64,000 nt of DNA from Malacoraja senta. Its lineage: Eukaryota. A program made the position numbers and the translations under genes. Positions 1 through 12,330 of this stretch are shown piece by piece. The notes beneath the pieces are model-generated. The model did no database searches, was not told the DNA's origin, and saw only the letters and a list, made by a program, of their open reading frames with translations. Position 1 is the first letter of the stretch. Every line of letters begins with the position of its first letter. The stretch lies in the NCBI GenBank assembly GCA_038087875.1, contig CM075989.1:9610001-9674000 (forward strand), in the 5' to 3' direction.

Positions 1-112
1 CAGCCACTTGGCCAAGATCATTAATTCATCAACAGGCGAGACAAAAAATAATTTAATACAATCTTTCTCCTTATTGATTAAGAAGGGAGATGAGAAGCAC
101 CACATTCTTATT

Positions 113-191
113 ACTGAAGGATCCTGACCCGAAATGTCACCTATCCATGTTCTGCAGAGATTCAGGTGACCCACTGAGTTACTTTGTGTTC
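113..191 (+). mobile_element. Penelope-derived mini-element (degenerate hammerhead core + tail)
   Basis: ctgaagg-atcctgaccc-gaaa-tgtc...ccactgagttactttgtg; same family as the 3' end of the Penelope copies at 15180-15290 and 54461-54560. Confidence 0.75.
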
Positions 192-225
192 TTCAGTGTT
201 TATGAGAAACATTTTCCTATCTGCA

Positions 226-1240
226 GAGTATAGAGTCATACATCATGGAAACAGGCCCTTCGGCCCAACTTGCCCACACTCGCCATCTGGTCCCAGCTAC
301 ACTAGTCCCACTGCCTGCTTTTGGCCCACATCCCTCCAAACCCGTGCTATCTATGTACCTATCTAACTGTTTCTTAAATGTTTCGATAGTCCCTGCCTCT
401 TATTTACCCCTCAGATTCCTATGAAATCTTTTCCCCTTCAACTTAAACCTATGTCGTTCTAATAAATAAAAATTAAAAAAAAAAAAAAAAAAATTAAACC
501 TATGTCCTCTGGTCCTCGATTCCCTACTCTGGACAAGAGACTTTGTGCATCTACCCGATCTATTCCTCTCATGATTTTTTACACCTCTATAAGATCACCC
601 ATCTTCCTGCATTCCTATAGCTCAGTTCCTCAAGTCCTGGCAACATCTTCGTAAATCTTCTCTGGACCCTTACCAGCTTGAAAACATCTTTCCTATAACA
701 TGGTGCCCAGAACTGAACACAATACTCTAAATGTGCCCTCACCAACATCTTACATTATTGCAACATGTCCTCCCAACTTCTACACTCAAAACTCTGACTA
801 ATGAAGGCCAATGTGCCACCCTATCTACCTGCGACTCCACCTTCAAGGAACTATGTACATGCACTCCTAAGTCCCTCTGCTCTATAACACTCCCAAAAGC
901 CCTACCACTGTGTATGTCCTGCCCATGTTAGACTTCCCAAAATGCAACACCTCACATTTCTCTGTATTAAATTCCATCAACCATTCCTCAGCCCATCTGG
1001 CCAACCGATCAAGGTCCTGCTGCAATTCGTCACTACCATCTTCACTATCTGCATTATCACCCACTTTTGTATCATCTGCAAACTTGCTAATCTTGCCATG
1101 TACATTCTCATCCAAATCATTAAGATGACAAACAGTAACGGGCCCAGCACCGAGCCTTGAGGCACGCCACACAGGCCTCCAGTCTGAGAAGCAACCTTCC
1201 ACATCACCATCTGCTTCCTTCAATGAAGACAATTTTCTAT
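226..1240 (-). mobile_element. CR1 LINE 3' fragment (RT C-terminus + 3' UTR)
   Basis: ORFs 882..1271 and 977..1210 give GVPQGSVLGPLLF and KISKFADDTKV...WLMEFNTEKCEVLHFG; 3' tail gggccgaagggcctgtttcc...gactct on minus strand. Confidence 0.9.
456..493 (+). mobile_element. Extremely 5'-truncated poly(A) retro-insertion with 13-bp TSD
   Basis: gttctAATAAA...A-tract flanked by ttaaacctatgtc at 443-455 and 494-506, inside the CR1 fragment. Confidence 0.8.
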
Positions 1241-1324
1241 GTTGCAGTTCTAGTCTGAAGGTATATTGCAAATAGAACCCATTTTCCTCCCCCCAACACC
1301 CCTGTTGAAGATTGATATTGCTGT

Positions 1325-1440
1325 AAGTTTATTATATGTGAACCGAGATACAATGAAAAAGCTGGTTTTGCGTGCTATTCAGGCAAATTATATCAGTCAT
1401 CAGTACATCAGGTAGCGCAAAAGAGAAAATAAACAGAGTG
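1325..1440 (-). mobile_element. Rex1/Babar-type 3' tail fragment
   Basis: Minus strand reads ...gcacgcaaaaccagctttttcattgtatctcggttcacatataataaac, resembling tails at 41180-41250, 48040-48100 and 57005-57065. Confidence 0.5.
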
Positions 1441-3115
1441 CAAAGATGATTCAACAGATGCCAGCTGGACTCTAGAACATATCTTAATGGTCAATTCTTC
1501 ACACACAAACACACGCTGGTGGGCTAATTGACCATGGGGACAAGGCAGAAGAGCCAACTCCATCTTCATCTTATGTTTACACAACCACATTTAGAGAGAG
1601 GTCAGTGTAAGGCAATTAGAACTAGGAACCCAAGCACCATTTTGTTTCCCTCTTTCTTAGCCTGGGGACACAGGAACCAACTGTCATGCTCTCACTGCTG
1701 CCCCTGTCAAGATCACCACATTATGATCAATCCTGAAAGTTGAGTCTATATGGCACAGTCAACACTGGATGGCGTATATATCCATGTAGACTTGGAGAGG
1801 GAAGTTATCTTTAAAAAAAAAGTGAATTATGTCCTATGAAAACAGAACAGTGAAATAATAGAACTGGATGGGAATGAAATAACTTTGCATTTGCTAGCAC
1901 ATACTTGCAACTAAATCAATAATTCCGGTATTACATTGCATAATTTCTGAAAGAATGGCAAAATACCGCAGCCATCCCAAGAGGTTTAAGGAAAACACAG
2001 TTCTATTCTACAATTCCTGAATACGCACGTTGCCCATCCAAACGCTTCAAAAATTAGATATGCAATATATTGGAACGTTTTCTGCACATTGCTAAACAAT
2101 TCCAAAATTTCCTTTTAATGTTATAAAAAATAACATTTACTTAAATTATAACATTTTAGTTTGGAGACACAGGCAAAAAGATGACAGCTGTGATATCACT
2201 ATTACTACCATCTGCTTTAATTACATTTATTTCATGTACTTGCTCTTTACGAGAGGGCTGGGAGGTGTAAAAGAACAGACTATCTGGGCTTGTTTCTCAA
2301 TACTGTATTTGTTTATTTTTTAAATCTGATGGGAAATGGATAATATCTGTAGTCACTTAGCAGAAAATAACTGAATGATTAAAAATCTAAATTACACACA
2401 AAAATCCCTTCAGCAAAACTGTACACTATTTGGAAAAAAATCAATCAAAAGTTTATTTTTTCATCATAACATGTTTTAATGCACTTATGATACACGGGCT
2501 ATTTTCCATGAAGTGCAACTGTCATTTGAGGCAGTGTATTCCCATAACATCTTATGCTAATAAAGGATGACACTCGAAAAATTAACAGACTCGAGTACTA
2601 AACAAGAAGCATAGTTATAAACCATTAACTATCGCAGAGGACAATTTGCTGTCTCCATAAACAAACATATGCACCTCTGGAATAATGCACCCATTAGCAA
2701 GCAATTCAAGCTGTCTAAAGACTTGCTTGGTAACAGTCCTAATCTATGATTCCAAAGTAGCTGCTTCTCCAGGGAAAACAAAGCTATTACCCACCATCAT
2801 TTAGATTTCAGCATGACATCTGTGAACATTTCACACCAGTTACCCCTTCTTCCTCTTTGTAAAACTTTTATGTGACATCTGATAATTTCAGAAGCTGCTC
2901 CATGTTACAATGTTATCTGACCTTCCATGTAATAATATTCACGGAATTTAAGCAACAGCATTCATTTTCTTTTCTGCTATCCATCTGCTCACGGCCCATA
3001 GTCCCTCCCAGTCTATGGAAAGGAGCAGGAATACCATAAGGTCTCCTGGAGTCTGAGAGCTAATGGAATGTATCATTTACACTGAGGGGATGGCATGTTT
3101 GCAAACTGAGCTTAC

Positions 3116-3177
3116 CACTGAGTGATGAAATGTACAAATGACTCAGAAAACTCTCCAACCGGAAGGACTGGTGGATC
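3116..3177 (-). CDS. map2k5: MEK5 coding exon (62 nt) DPPVLPVGEFSESFVHFITQ(C), phase 0 to phase 2
   Basis: Acceptor cttgctacttcccag, donor gtaagc; peptide matches vertebrate MEK5 DSPVLPVGEFSEPFVHFITQC. Confidence 0.96.
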
Positions 3178-4329
3178 CTGGGAAGTAGCAAGACAAAGAA
3201 TATATATATGAAAGAGCAAAGGAGGGCGATAAAGAATTATTAAACGTAAAAATTGTTATTTGACATGCAATTTTTCTGATTAATTAAATTATCCATCTTT
3301 TATCCCAACCTCAATATCTTAAATGTCGGTCAATTTTTATTTTAAATGTCTCCAGCTTTGTTCCTCTAAGTAATTATTGTTAGAAAATAATCAGTTCTTA
3401 TTTCATATAATCATCAACATTTAATTATTTTGATATTTAAATTTAGAAGCATTTGCTTTAAATTTCTTCAAGTGGAATCAAAAAAATAAAATTAAAATAC
3501 ACATCAATCATAGGAATTGAAATGATCCGTCCAAAAGAGGGAGGATATTAAAAAAAAACTTTACACATAACTTCAGAGTTCTAAGACTTAATTGGGACTA
3601 GTACCAATCATTAATGTACATCATGTTTTTCAGAATATTGGAAATACCTCTAAAATAATCAATTTTTGGCACACAAATGGTTTACTGCATAAACTCAGGA
3701 AACAATAAAAAAGATTACCATTACAATTATCAGTAAACAGTTATTGCAGCAGCAATTTGAAGGCAGCAAGCTGATTGCAGTTCCCAGTACATATCAAAAC
3801 CCCTCAGATGCAATTCCTTTGCAATTTCAAAAAGAGTCAAACCTTACAGAATTATGCGCTGAAATGTCTTAAAATTAAGATCTGCGGGAGTTTAATGGCT
3901 GCCTTATCAAATCTGCAATTGCTAAAGAAGAGGAGAATATAAAAGGCAGCTGGAAGTGACTGCATTTTCATCTGTTCTCATTTTTCCATTAAAAATACCT
4001 TTTGGCTGCATTCTCCGTGACATCCCTGTTAAAACTACCTTGCAAAGTATGATACATGCACCTATTTAAATTAACAAAGAGATGACTTATTTTAATCTCA
4101 CAGTGCTTTGGACTGCTTCAGCCATTTGGATGAGCAATATATCATTACATACAACCTTTCAATGCTTCAGGCAAAACTCAATGTGTGTAGCATTTGGTTG
4201 GAGCCAAACAATTTCTCTACTATATAACTGTGTCAAATGCATGCATGTATTCATTACGGCAAAAAAAGAAAAAGAAAAGTATGCAGGATGGTGGGGGGTG
4301 GAAGGGTTCAGGAAGCTTTTAAGTGATGA

Positions 4330-4620
4330 GAAAAAGAGAACGAACACCTCTGCAATTTGCCTGCTTTATTATCAATGGCAGCAAATAGATACAATCAGAG
4401 CTTCAAATGTGATTAGTAAATATACATGTAATTGCCGTAGCCAATTACAACTTCAAATTATCAGAAAAATGAGATCAGTAATTACAAGGGAGAAAATTAA
4501 GTAGATCTCTCATCTGAGCTTTCTCTCCCATTTATACAAGAGGCTGCTGGAAATACTATCAAATCAGATAAGTAAATTAAGGGGAGACAGAGGTATGGCA
4601 AATTAGTGAATAAGAGTTCA
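4330..4620. promoter_or_regulatory. Candidate conserved non-coding element / enhancer
   Basis: Unique TE-free sequence dense in TAAT/ATTA motifs (gtaattgcc, ccaattac, gtaattac, aaattaag); conservation not testable here. Confidence 0.35.
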
Positions 4621-7059
4621 TTTGGCTATGAGGATCATAGTGGCAATTTTTAAAGCGATTTATAATCTTATACTAGGAATTACATTTGGAACAGGGAACA
4701 TCTCCAACAGTTTGACTGAGGTCATAATGCCAATGCCTTCTACTTCTCGGACTGTATTTGTAGCCCTTGAAATTATTATTATTTTTTAATGGTTAGGTTA
4801 TTTAATTTTTTCCATTACTAGAGGCAAACAATCATGGACTCGGGTTGAACAAGTAATAGCAGCTGCCAGAATTAATCAAAAGAGTATAAAAATGACCAAT
4901 TAATATTTTTATTGATAATTTTTGATGCATGTGTAGTTTCAGTAGGTACGGATTTTTAGAAACTTTTAAGCAGGTAGGTCAGGATTATTACTATTATCTA
5001 TTATTTCATAAGTGCACTTATTATACGGGCGGGGGTGGCAAAGCAAATTGTGAATTTTTAACTTATTTGTTCTTCAAAATAAACAGAAATAATTTGGACA
5101 CAAGAATCTGCATATTCTGGAGTCTGCAGCTAAAAAACTAATCAGCACATAGAAGTAAGGGGAAATAGATTTGGATTGCTTATATTTAAAGGTAAAAGAA
5201 AAATAATAGGATATTTACAGAATTTAGCAGTACTTTGCAATTTAATATAATTCAGAAAAATATCTAGCATAATACACAGAACATTGTAATGTACGCTTGG
5301 GTTAAGTGAAAGCCTGCCAGTGAATCAAAGGACTGTATCTTGACCAAATGTTTCCCTGAACATAAATTTAAGCACAACTTTAAACATGTCTTGTTTAACT
5401 TAAAATTTTAGGACAGTGGTTTTTGCGAGTCAGCTCCCAATGTTTAAACTTCAAAAAAAATTGTGATTTTATCCTTTCAACAGACTGCTCTGTAACCTAT
5501 TACTTATACAGAGGAATGATTCAGTAGTGTAAACACCAGGAAGAAGCTCATGAACAATGATCCTCTTAAATCCCAATTAAATCAAGGGCAATATAAAAGC
5601 AGTTAGTACGAGTGAAGCTTGAGGAGTTAATGACTGGCATGGACCCCATTACTGAGGCATTAATTAAAATTCATCATTTGTTATTTTATTTACATACATA
5701 GATTATTTTAAAAGGCATTTCTAAAAATGAGCATTCCTTACTGACAAACCAGTAGGTATGAAAGGAATAGCTGAAGAGCAAAAAATGAATACTGTAGCTA
5801 TAAAATAATCCTTCATTTATTTAGTGCCTTATTATTGCACAGAGAATGTCCCAAAGTGCATAAAATACAATGAATTGCTTTGAAATTAACTATGTAGATG
5901 CATCCAATAACCATTTAAACACAACACATTGTAAATAATAATAAGATTGAAACTGAAAGAAATGTTTAACATCAACACAAGTAGTGGATTTGGATTCAAC
6001 AGACACACAACCTATCCATTCAATCCAACAAGGCTTTTTATCACTAACATCATAGAACAAAATTACTACTGCTATCCAATGATCAGTCAAGCAATAGTTT
6101 GACAAGTCAAATTCAGAAAATCATATTTTTCAATGTCCTGGATTCATCCATCCTCTGAGTATGACCTGTTTCACTGGTAAAATAGACCTTTCAGTGGTGT
6201 GACACAGTGTTATGGTCAAAGGAGAGTGGTATTGGGAGCCCTCTACATTCAATCACAAGGCACAAGGCCTAAGGTCAGGAAACTTTATTTTGTTTGCACC
6301 TACATCTGATAAATCACCATAGTCCGCACTGACCTTGATATGGAAGAACCACCGAAGGCACAAAATTTTGAGTGACGACTTATATTTCTAGCACCAAGAG
6401 TGATTTGATGAACAACTTCTAAATGACGTGTATCATTGTCAGAGTGGGCTTAAGGCAGGTGGGGAGAGAACCAACACCAGAGAAAAATATTCTATTGATC
6501 TGGTTATTAATCTATTTATGGTTGTGCTATGAAGAACCATTGCTTAGTTCATTTGGAGACCAAGTCGTGTCTTCAAGCTATGATCACCTTCTATTGTGCT
6601 ATGTGACAGTTCCACCATTATAACTAAGAATCAGAACAATTCCAACTGTTCAATATTGGGTTTCCATGAAGTGCTTTGACCTTCAAATGCAGTAGACTTG
6701 TATCCAAGCACAAATTATATCTTTATGGTGCAGCATACCCTTCCCCTGTTTCACCTGCATTAACCCTACAAGTCAATACTCTTTCAATGAGAAATGTAGA
6801 ACGTGTAAGGAGCAGCCACACGCCACATCTGTCTGAAAATGAGTGGCGATCCACTCTACATGAGTGGAGAGTGCGAAAATGGAATACATATACATGATAT
6901 AGCAAAAGCAGATAAACCTAAGTGATCATACAAGCAATAGGTTAGTGCCCTCAAGCTGCGATAATCCACCAACAGGCAGGACACATATCGCTCAAGTTAA
7001 ATCCTGCCAGTACTTCAATATAGCCTTTGTCCAAATCAGGGCAATGATAGTAATCTTGA

Positions 7060-7155
7060 GGGTAGTCACAAAATGCTGGAGTAACTCAGCGGGACAGGCA
7101 GCATCTCCGGAGAGAAGGAATGAATGACGTTTCGGGTCGAGACCCTTCTTCAGAC
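7060..7155 (-). mobile_element. Penelope-derived 96-bp mini-element with intact hammerhead core, 15-bp TSD
   Basis: TSD tgatagt(a/g)atcttga at 7045-7059 and 7156-7170; minus strand agt-CTGAAGA-a-gggtctcgaccc-GAAA-cgtc-attcattccttctc...gctgagttactccagcattttgtg. Confidence 0.9.
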
Positions 7156-7156
7156 T
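7123..7156 (-). ncRNA. Minimal type I hammerhead ribozyme motif
   Basis: CUGAAGA, extra A, stem II GGGU-CUCG-ACCC, GAAA, palindromic ACGU helix III, GUC cleavage triplet; helix I only about 3 bp. Confidence 0.65.
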
Positions 7157-7174
7157 GATAGTGATCTTGACATT

Positions 7175-8180
7175 GAGGCAGTGTATGACCAAAATTGGCA
7201 TCAAAGATCCCTGTTACAACTGAAGCAGTTGCAGATCGTAGAACAACTCTCTACTGGCTGAATCTGCACCTATCATATGGTGAATGGTTGTGGAGGTCAA
7301 TTCAGTTGTAAGCATTTCTGCACAGGTTCCTCAGGGTAAAATACCAATTTTGACAGTTCTCAGTTGCTTAATCAATGGCCTTTCATTCATTGTCACCAGA
7401 AGTGGACTTTCTCTGAGCTTCAATACTATCTGTAACTATTCAGATAACTAAGCAGTAACTACCCACATACAATAAGGATGGATAACATGGAATAAGAGGA
7501 AATTAAATTTCACTCCACTGTAATGCCAGAATGGATGAAGTTCCAGGCAATGATCAACTCCATTATGTAGATGCCTAACCATCCCTCATTGACCTTCAAC
7601 AATATTCTCATTGTCAAATCCATCACCATCAACATAAGTGACTGCACCAGTCACGTAAATGTGGCTCAACAAGAGGTCATTCTTCAATGAGTGACTTACC
7701 TCATGAATCCACAAAGTCCTGCTACCCATTACAAAGCGTAAATCAGGAGTATGATGGAATATTATCGATATGCTTAGATGAGTGCTGCTGCATTAACACT
7801 CTCAAAGCTAGGCTGCATCTAGTACAAGAAAGACTACTCCAATAATAACCATCCACCAACCTATATAATAATTTTCTCCATCATCGGTGTGCTGTGGTTG
7901 CAGTAATTTGCAAACTACACTGCTGCAACACCTCCTTAGCCTGCAACCTCTATTACTTACAAGGGCAAGGGAATCGAGCATGCGGGAATACCACCACTTC
8001 CATGTTGCCTAATCAGTCATGTCTGATTTGGAAATCTTTTGCCCTTCATCAATGCTGGGTCGAAGTCCAAGAATGTCTGATGCAGAAACACTGAGGAGTA
8101 CGTTCAACACAGACGGCATCATTTTAAGAAGATACTATCATTTTGGATTGAACAATGAATGTAGACCTTTTCAGTGACAC
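7175..8180 (+). mobile_element. Old, highly diverged CR1/L2-group LINE RT fragment
   Basis: Decayed GVPQG...FSCLIN motif (gttcctcagggt...ttctcagttgcttaatcaat) and later YKA.IRSMMEY-like residues; many stops. Confidence 0.55.
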
Positions 8181-8304
8181 CAATATCTTCCGTGTGTGAA
8201 TTAAAAAAATGAACGAGAAAATATTTATTTCTCATTTGAGAAAAGAATGTTGATCTGGACACAGCTCTTATTTTCCTTCTGGGTCAGAAGAACAGACATT
8301 GATG

Positions 8305-8470
8305 GCCATGGTTTAATGGCACATCCCAAGGAACAACACAACTGACAATGCAGTTACTCTCAGTACTTTACAGAAGAGTGGGGCACAGCTTAATCTACTC
8401 ATGTCTTGCAGTGGAGTTTGAACCCATAACCTTTCAATCCTGAGATGTCAATGTGGCCAATCTGACAAAG
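8305..8470 (-). mobile_element. Ancient Deu-domain SINE relic (SacSINE/AmnSINE-like)
   Basis: Resembles the reverse complement of a tRNA head with B box (ggttcaaactcc) plus Deu core (agtactgagag..ctgcattgtc...ggatgtgccattaaacc). Confidence 0.55.
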
Positions 8471-9199
8471 TCTTCATTCGCACAATTTTAGGAATCAATA
8501 AATTTACTGATGTCCAAGACAATAATGTTATGAGTAGAACATTTGTATATAACAATTTATTTATCTGAAATTTCTTTCTTTGCTGCTTATTTTACACAGA
8601 TTAAAGCATAGAGGAAAGGAACTGAGGAGAATTATATTCCCAGGCATCAATTCAATACCAATATATTTCATTAAGAGTTCATGTATTATTAGTTTGCTTT
8701 ATTTTTGATCTACAATAGACGAGGGGTCCAAATCTATTTTCCACAATTTGATGACAATATGACAGGCACATCCTAAACAAATAATTGGTTTATCAAGCAA
8801 TAAATTATATTATTTATTGAAGATAATTCTGAGTATGAACCTGGAAAAAATGGGATTCAGGAGATTTAAAAATAGTATGTTGGAGAATTGTTAGGCTATA
8901 AGAGGAAAGATATTTATTCACACATGGTTAAGCCCACGTGAGCATGGTGCCAAAAAGTCACACTTGAATAAGGCCACTGATGTTGAATTGTCACACGATT
9001 AATAGCCTCCATGTATTTTTTTATTTTGAACAAAATGCACACAGAGGATGCAAACATTGTTCCCTTTCTCAGAGCACAAAACTCACATTACCGAAAGCTT
9101 CAATTTGCAGTGGCTTAAGCAAGTACTTGGTCAGCTTAAATTTAGGTGGCCTACTGAATTCTACATATGCAGCTAGGGTACAGGGAAGGGCAATGAAAA

Positions 9200-10400
9200 A
9201 AATACTTTGAGTGATGCCTTTGCCATGTGAGTAATGAACAGTTCATGGAGGTCAACCCATTACAACTGAAACAGTTTAATTATTAATTACCTGCAATCTA
9301 TGAGCTAAAGGACAAGTTCAGTATGTTTAGTGTGTGGTAACACCAACTGGACTCTCTCTTGGCATTTGGTTATTAGCACATGTCAGCAAAGTGCTCAGGC
9401 ATAAAGAAAAAGGCACAGAAGCAACAAACACACTTAATGTGTATACCGAGAGAGACCACAGGAAAAGGCTGGGGGGAGGAGGTGGTAAAAAAAATCTCCC
9501 TGATGATCTCTTATAGCCTGTGTGCAAATTTTGTTATTTTACAGTGTAATCAATATTCTATTGCCTCAGGGTGAGCACAGTTGCAGTTTGTGAAAAATCT
9601 GGATAAAAATAATCAAACAATCAAGAATCTAGGGCCTCAGTGGTCATAAAGAGGCAAAGGGAGGAGGGAGACGGGGCTAAGCAAAAAAAAAATCTCATCA
9701 CGTTTGTGTCGGAACCCCTCCCCCCTCAAAAAAAGATAGAAATTCATTAATATAAGCTATTTATTAACACAAAATGTCAGTTTGAGAACAGTGGAGCTCC
9801 GTCACCGTTTAGGGGCTATCTCTGGTCTCTTGTCAATTATAAGCTGAGGGAGCACAGCAGTACTCATTCATACTGCTGAAATAACTAAGGCAAGGCAGCA
9901 TGAAACTGTCACAATACCTGTCACACCAAAGGGACCCGATTCAGAGGGAAAAAAAACCTTGAAATTAGTCAACGTTTCTCTGTTTTCACCCCCCCCCCCT
10001 CAGTCTCAAGCTTTTTTATTGCTTTCATAAAATACCACGGCAAATAATCAAGCATGACCACTGACATCCTCTAGATTGAGTTTTAGAGCCATTAAATGAG
10101 CTGCGCCTCTTGGGAAGTCTCCTGCTCAGGTTAGTCTAAAGGTAATTATTCAGCAATTCGAGCCATGGCTCTACCTAGTTCCTGTACAGTGCCTGAATGG
10201 TGTACAAGGATAAGGTCAAGCTTGAGCTCTGTACAAGACTGGCCTGGCTAGGTCTGTTGACTAAGGGGTTGTGCTGGGTGGCAAGGCTTAAGAGACTATT
10301 CTGAGCAAAGAGCTTCATTAAGGAAAAATGTGTATAATATATAAATAAAACTTTCCAGGCCATTAAGAATGACTTTAGACGAGAAAGCACATAAGACGGT
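9200..10400. promoter_or_regulatory. Candidate deeply conserved non-coding block just downstream of the 33-nt exon
   Basis: About 1.2 kb TE-free; homeodomain sites (ttaattattaattac, ttcattaat, gtcaattat, ccattaaatg), tandem TGACAG sites at 9906 and 9918, hairpin 9855-9878. Confidence 0.55.
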
Positions 10401-10407
10401 GACTCAC

Positions 10408-10440
10408 CTCATCAACGATGCACTGCAATAACTGTAGTGG
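10408..10440 (-). CDS. map2k5: MEK5 coding micro-exon (33 nt) PLQLLQCIVDE, phase 0/0
   Basis: Acceptor ccttgcctttgcag, donor gtgagt; peptide as recalled for human MEK5. Confidence 0.96.
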
Positions 10441-10760
10441 CTGCAAAGGCAAGGTAGGGGGAGGGGGTTAAATAGAGAGAAGTATTAGGCTACATGCAGT
10501 CTTTTACAGTAGACTGAGAAAATCATTAATGCAGTAAAATGTTGCAAGATTAATCAACAGCATGAAAGTCTTATAAAAACATTGACACCCTAGATGTTCT
10601 ATTATTTCTAATGATACCTAATCTACTACAGGCACTTTAGTGCTTGTTGTAACAAAAATGCAATTTACTAAGTTTAAAGTAAAGCACTCAAGCATGCAAA
10701 AAGGCAGCCAGCAGGAAAAAAAAGTGAATTTTTTTTCTCTGCAAACTCATAAAACCTTAC

Positions 10761-10787
10761 CATTAAAGATCCCTGGTTTTTCTGAAT
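10761..10787 (-). CDS. map2k5: MEK5 coding micro-exon (27 nt) IQKNQGSLM, phase 0/0
   Basis: Acceptor tattgcctttcag, donor gtaagg; peptide as recalled for human MEK5. Confidence 0.96.
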
Positions 10788-12185
10788 CTGAAAGGCAATA
10801 TGTAATTAGCATGTCATAATCAAAATGACTCACTTGGACACATTACGATCACTGAGAGAAAATTATTGCATAGCTGGTGGCAATTTGTGGGCATGTGTTA
10901 ACACCATTTACATAATGAAAATACACAAATGTTAATAGCTATTCTTCTCATTTATAGGGGAAAGTCAGCAGAATGTTAATTTTGCAAAACACTTTTTAGT
11001 ACCCTCCAGGTTATACAAGTGAGAGAGAAAGAAAGCATAATACAGTTACAGTGCTGTTTACACCCCATCCGATATAAATAACATTCTCTGATTCTGGTAC
11101 AAATCCAAGATTAAATGCTGCATTTGTTTCCCTGGAATTCAAATCTAGTGTCTCAGATTAAAAGATATTTCAAAACACAAAATGTACCAGTTATTTGATA
11201 CCCACTGAACACAAGCACAAATTGCAAATAAATTGACCAATCTTCTCCCTCCCAACATGGACAGTATTTTCATAGCAGAATTTTTTTTTTTTTTTTTTAA
11301 TTGGAATCTTCACATACATTCTTCCCCAATGAATTGTTTGAATTCCAAACTATGTCAGTTCCTACTGAATACTAGGGAAATTATATATATTTTTTGTGGA
11401 TGACATTTTCTGCTTACCAAGGCAAGGGATGTCTGCACTGGGGAGTGGATTTTACTATTTCAGGTATGCAGTGTATGCATCAAATATCCTCTGGCCCAGC
11501 ATGGAAAAGCCTGCTCTGTGCTACCCAACATCATATCCAATACTGAATCCAGTAAAGCCCTTGCTATTACAGGAGTGTAATGCATCTGTTTTTTGGAATC
11601 CTGACTGGACTACTATGATAGACCTGACAACATTTGGTTCTGACCTCTGTGATTTGAATCCAGGGTTACATTTAGTGGAGGAAATGTGGTCCCCAATGGC
11701 AGAGATGCCAAGGCAAGATGTCGTCTTGGTCTCAGTCTGTCATAAACCTATAATTGTGTGGTAGCTGCTTCACCTAACAGAAAAAAGGTACTGAGCAGAA
11801 CCATTTAGGAACCAAAGGTCCCTTCAAGGCAAAGCAGCAATTTACTTTTAAGTTTTCCAGTTTAATGCACTGCATTGGATGCTCTCAATATGCCTCCTTC
11901 TGCGCTGGATATACCAAGTAGGTGGCTGCTTTGCAGAGCACCAGTCAGTCCACAAGGATGACTCTGAGCTTGAATTGCCTATCACCTTAACAGTCCATTT
12001 TGACTTCACTGTTGTTGGTCTTTAATATGAAGTCCCAATGAAGTGCAGTGCAAGCCTTGGAATAGCACCTCGGCTTCTGACTAATCAGACCACAACCTTC
12101 ACAACTCAACAATGAATTCAACCATTTCAATTTAAATAACCAGCCTTTTCAGTTTGTGTTAGTTCTGAGCCCAAGGTTTAGAAGT

Positions 12186-12330
12186 TGAAACAAGAAACTG
12201 CAGATGTTGGAGTAACTCAGTGCTGAGTTACTGGAGTGCTGGAGCAACTCAGCAGGTCAGGTGGCATCTCTGGAGAACATGGGTAGGTGATGTTTTGGAT
12301 TGGGACCCTTCTTCAGACTAGATCAGACTG
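12186..12330 (-). mobile_element. Penelope-derived mini-element (degenerate hammerhead, GAAA changed to AAAA)
   Basis: Minus strand agtctgaagaagggtcccaatccaaaacatcacc...; internal fold-back agtaactcag/ctgagttact. Confidence 0.8.

Noticed and set aside
1-3115. Downstream MEK5 exon (MRKQPKERP...)
   Set aside because: Not found by eye; probably just outside the window
4082-4504. 140-aa ORF (also 28013..28408, 25500..25892, 42257..42619, 11396..11764)
   Set aside because: No recognisable domain, composition typical of AT-rich intron; chance ORFs
11620-11830. Possible LF-SINE-like relic (also 57990-58240)
   Set aside because: Similarity too weak to support without an HMM search
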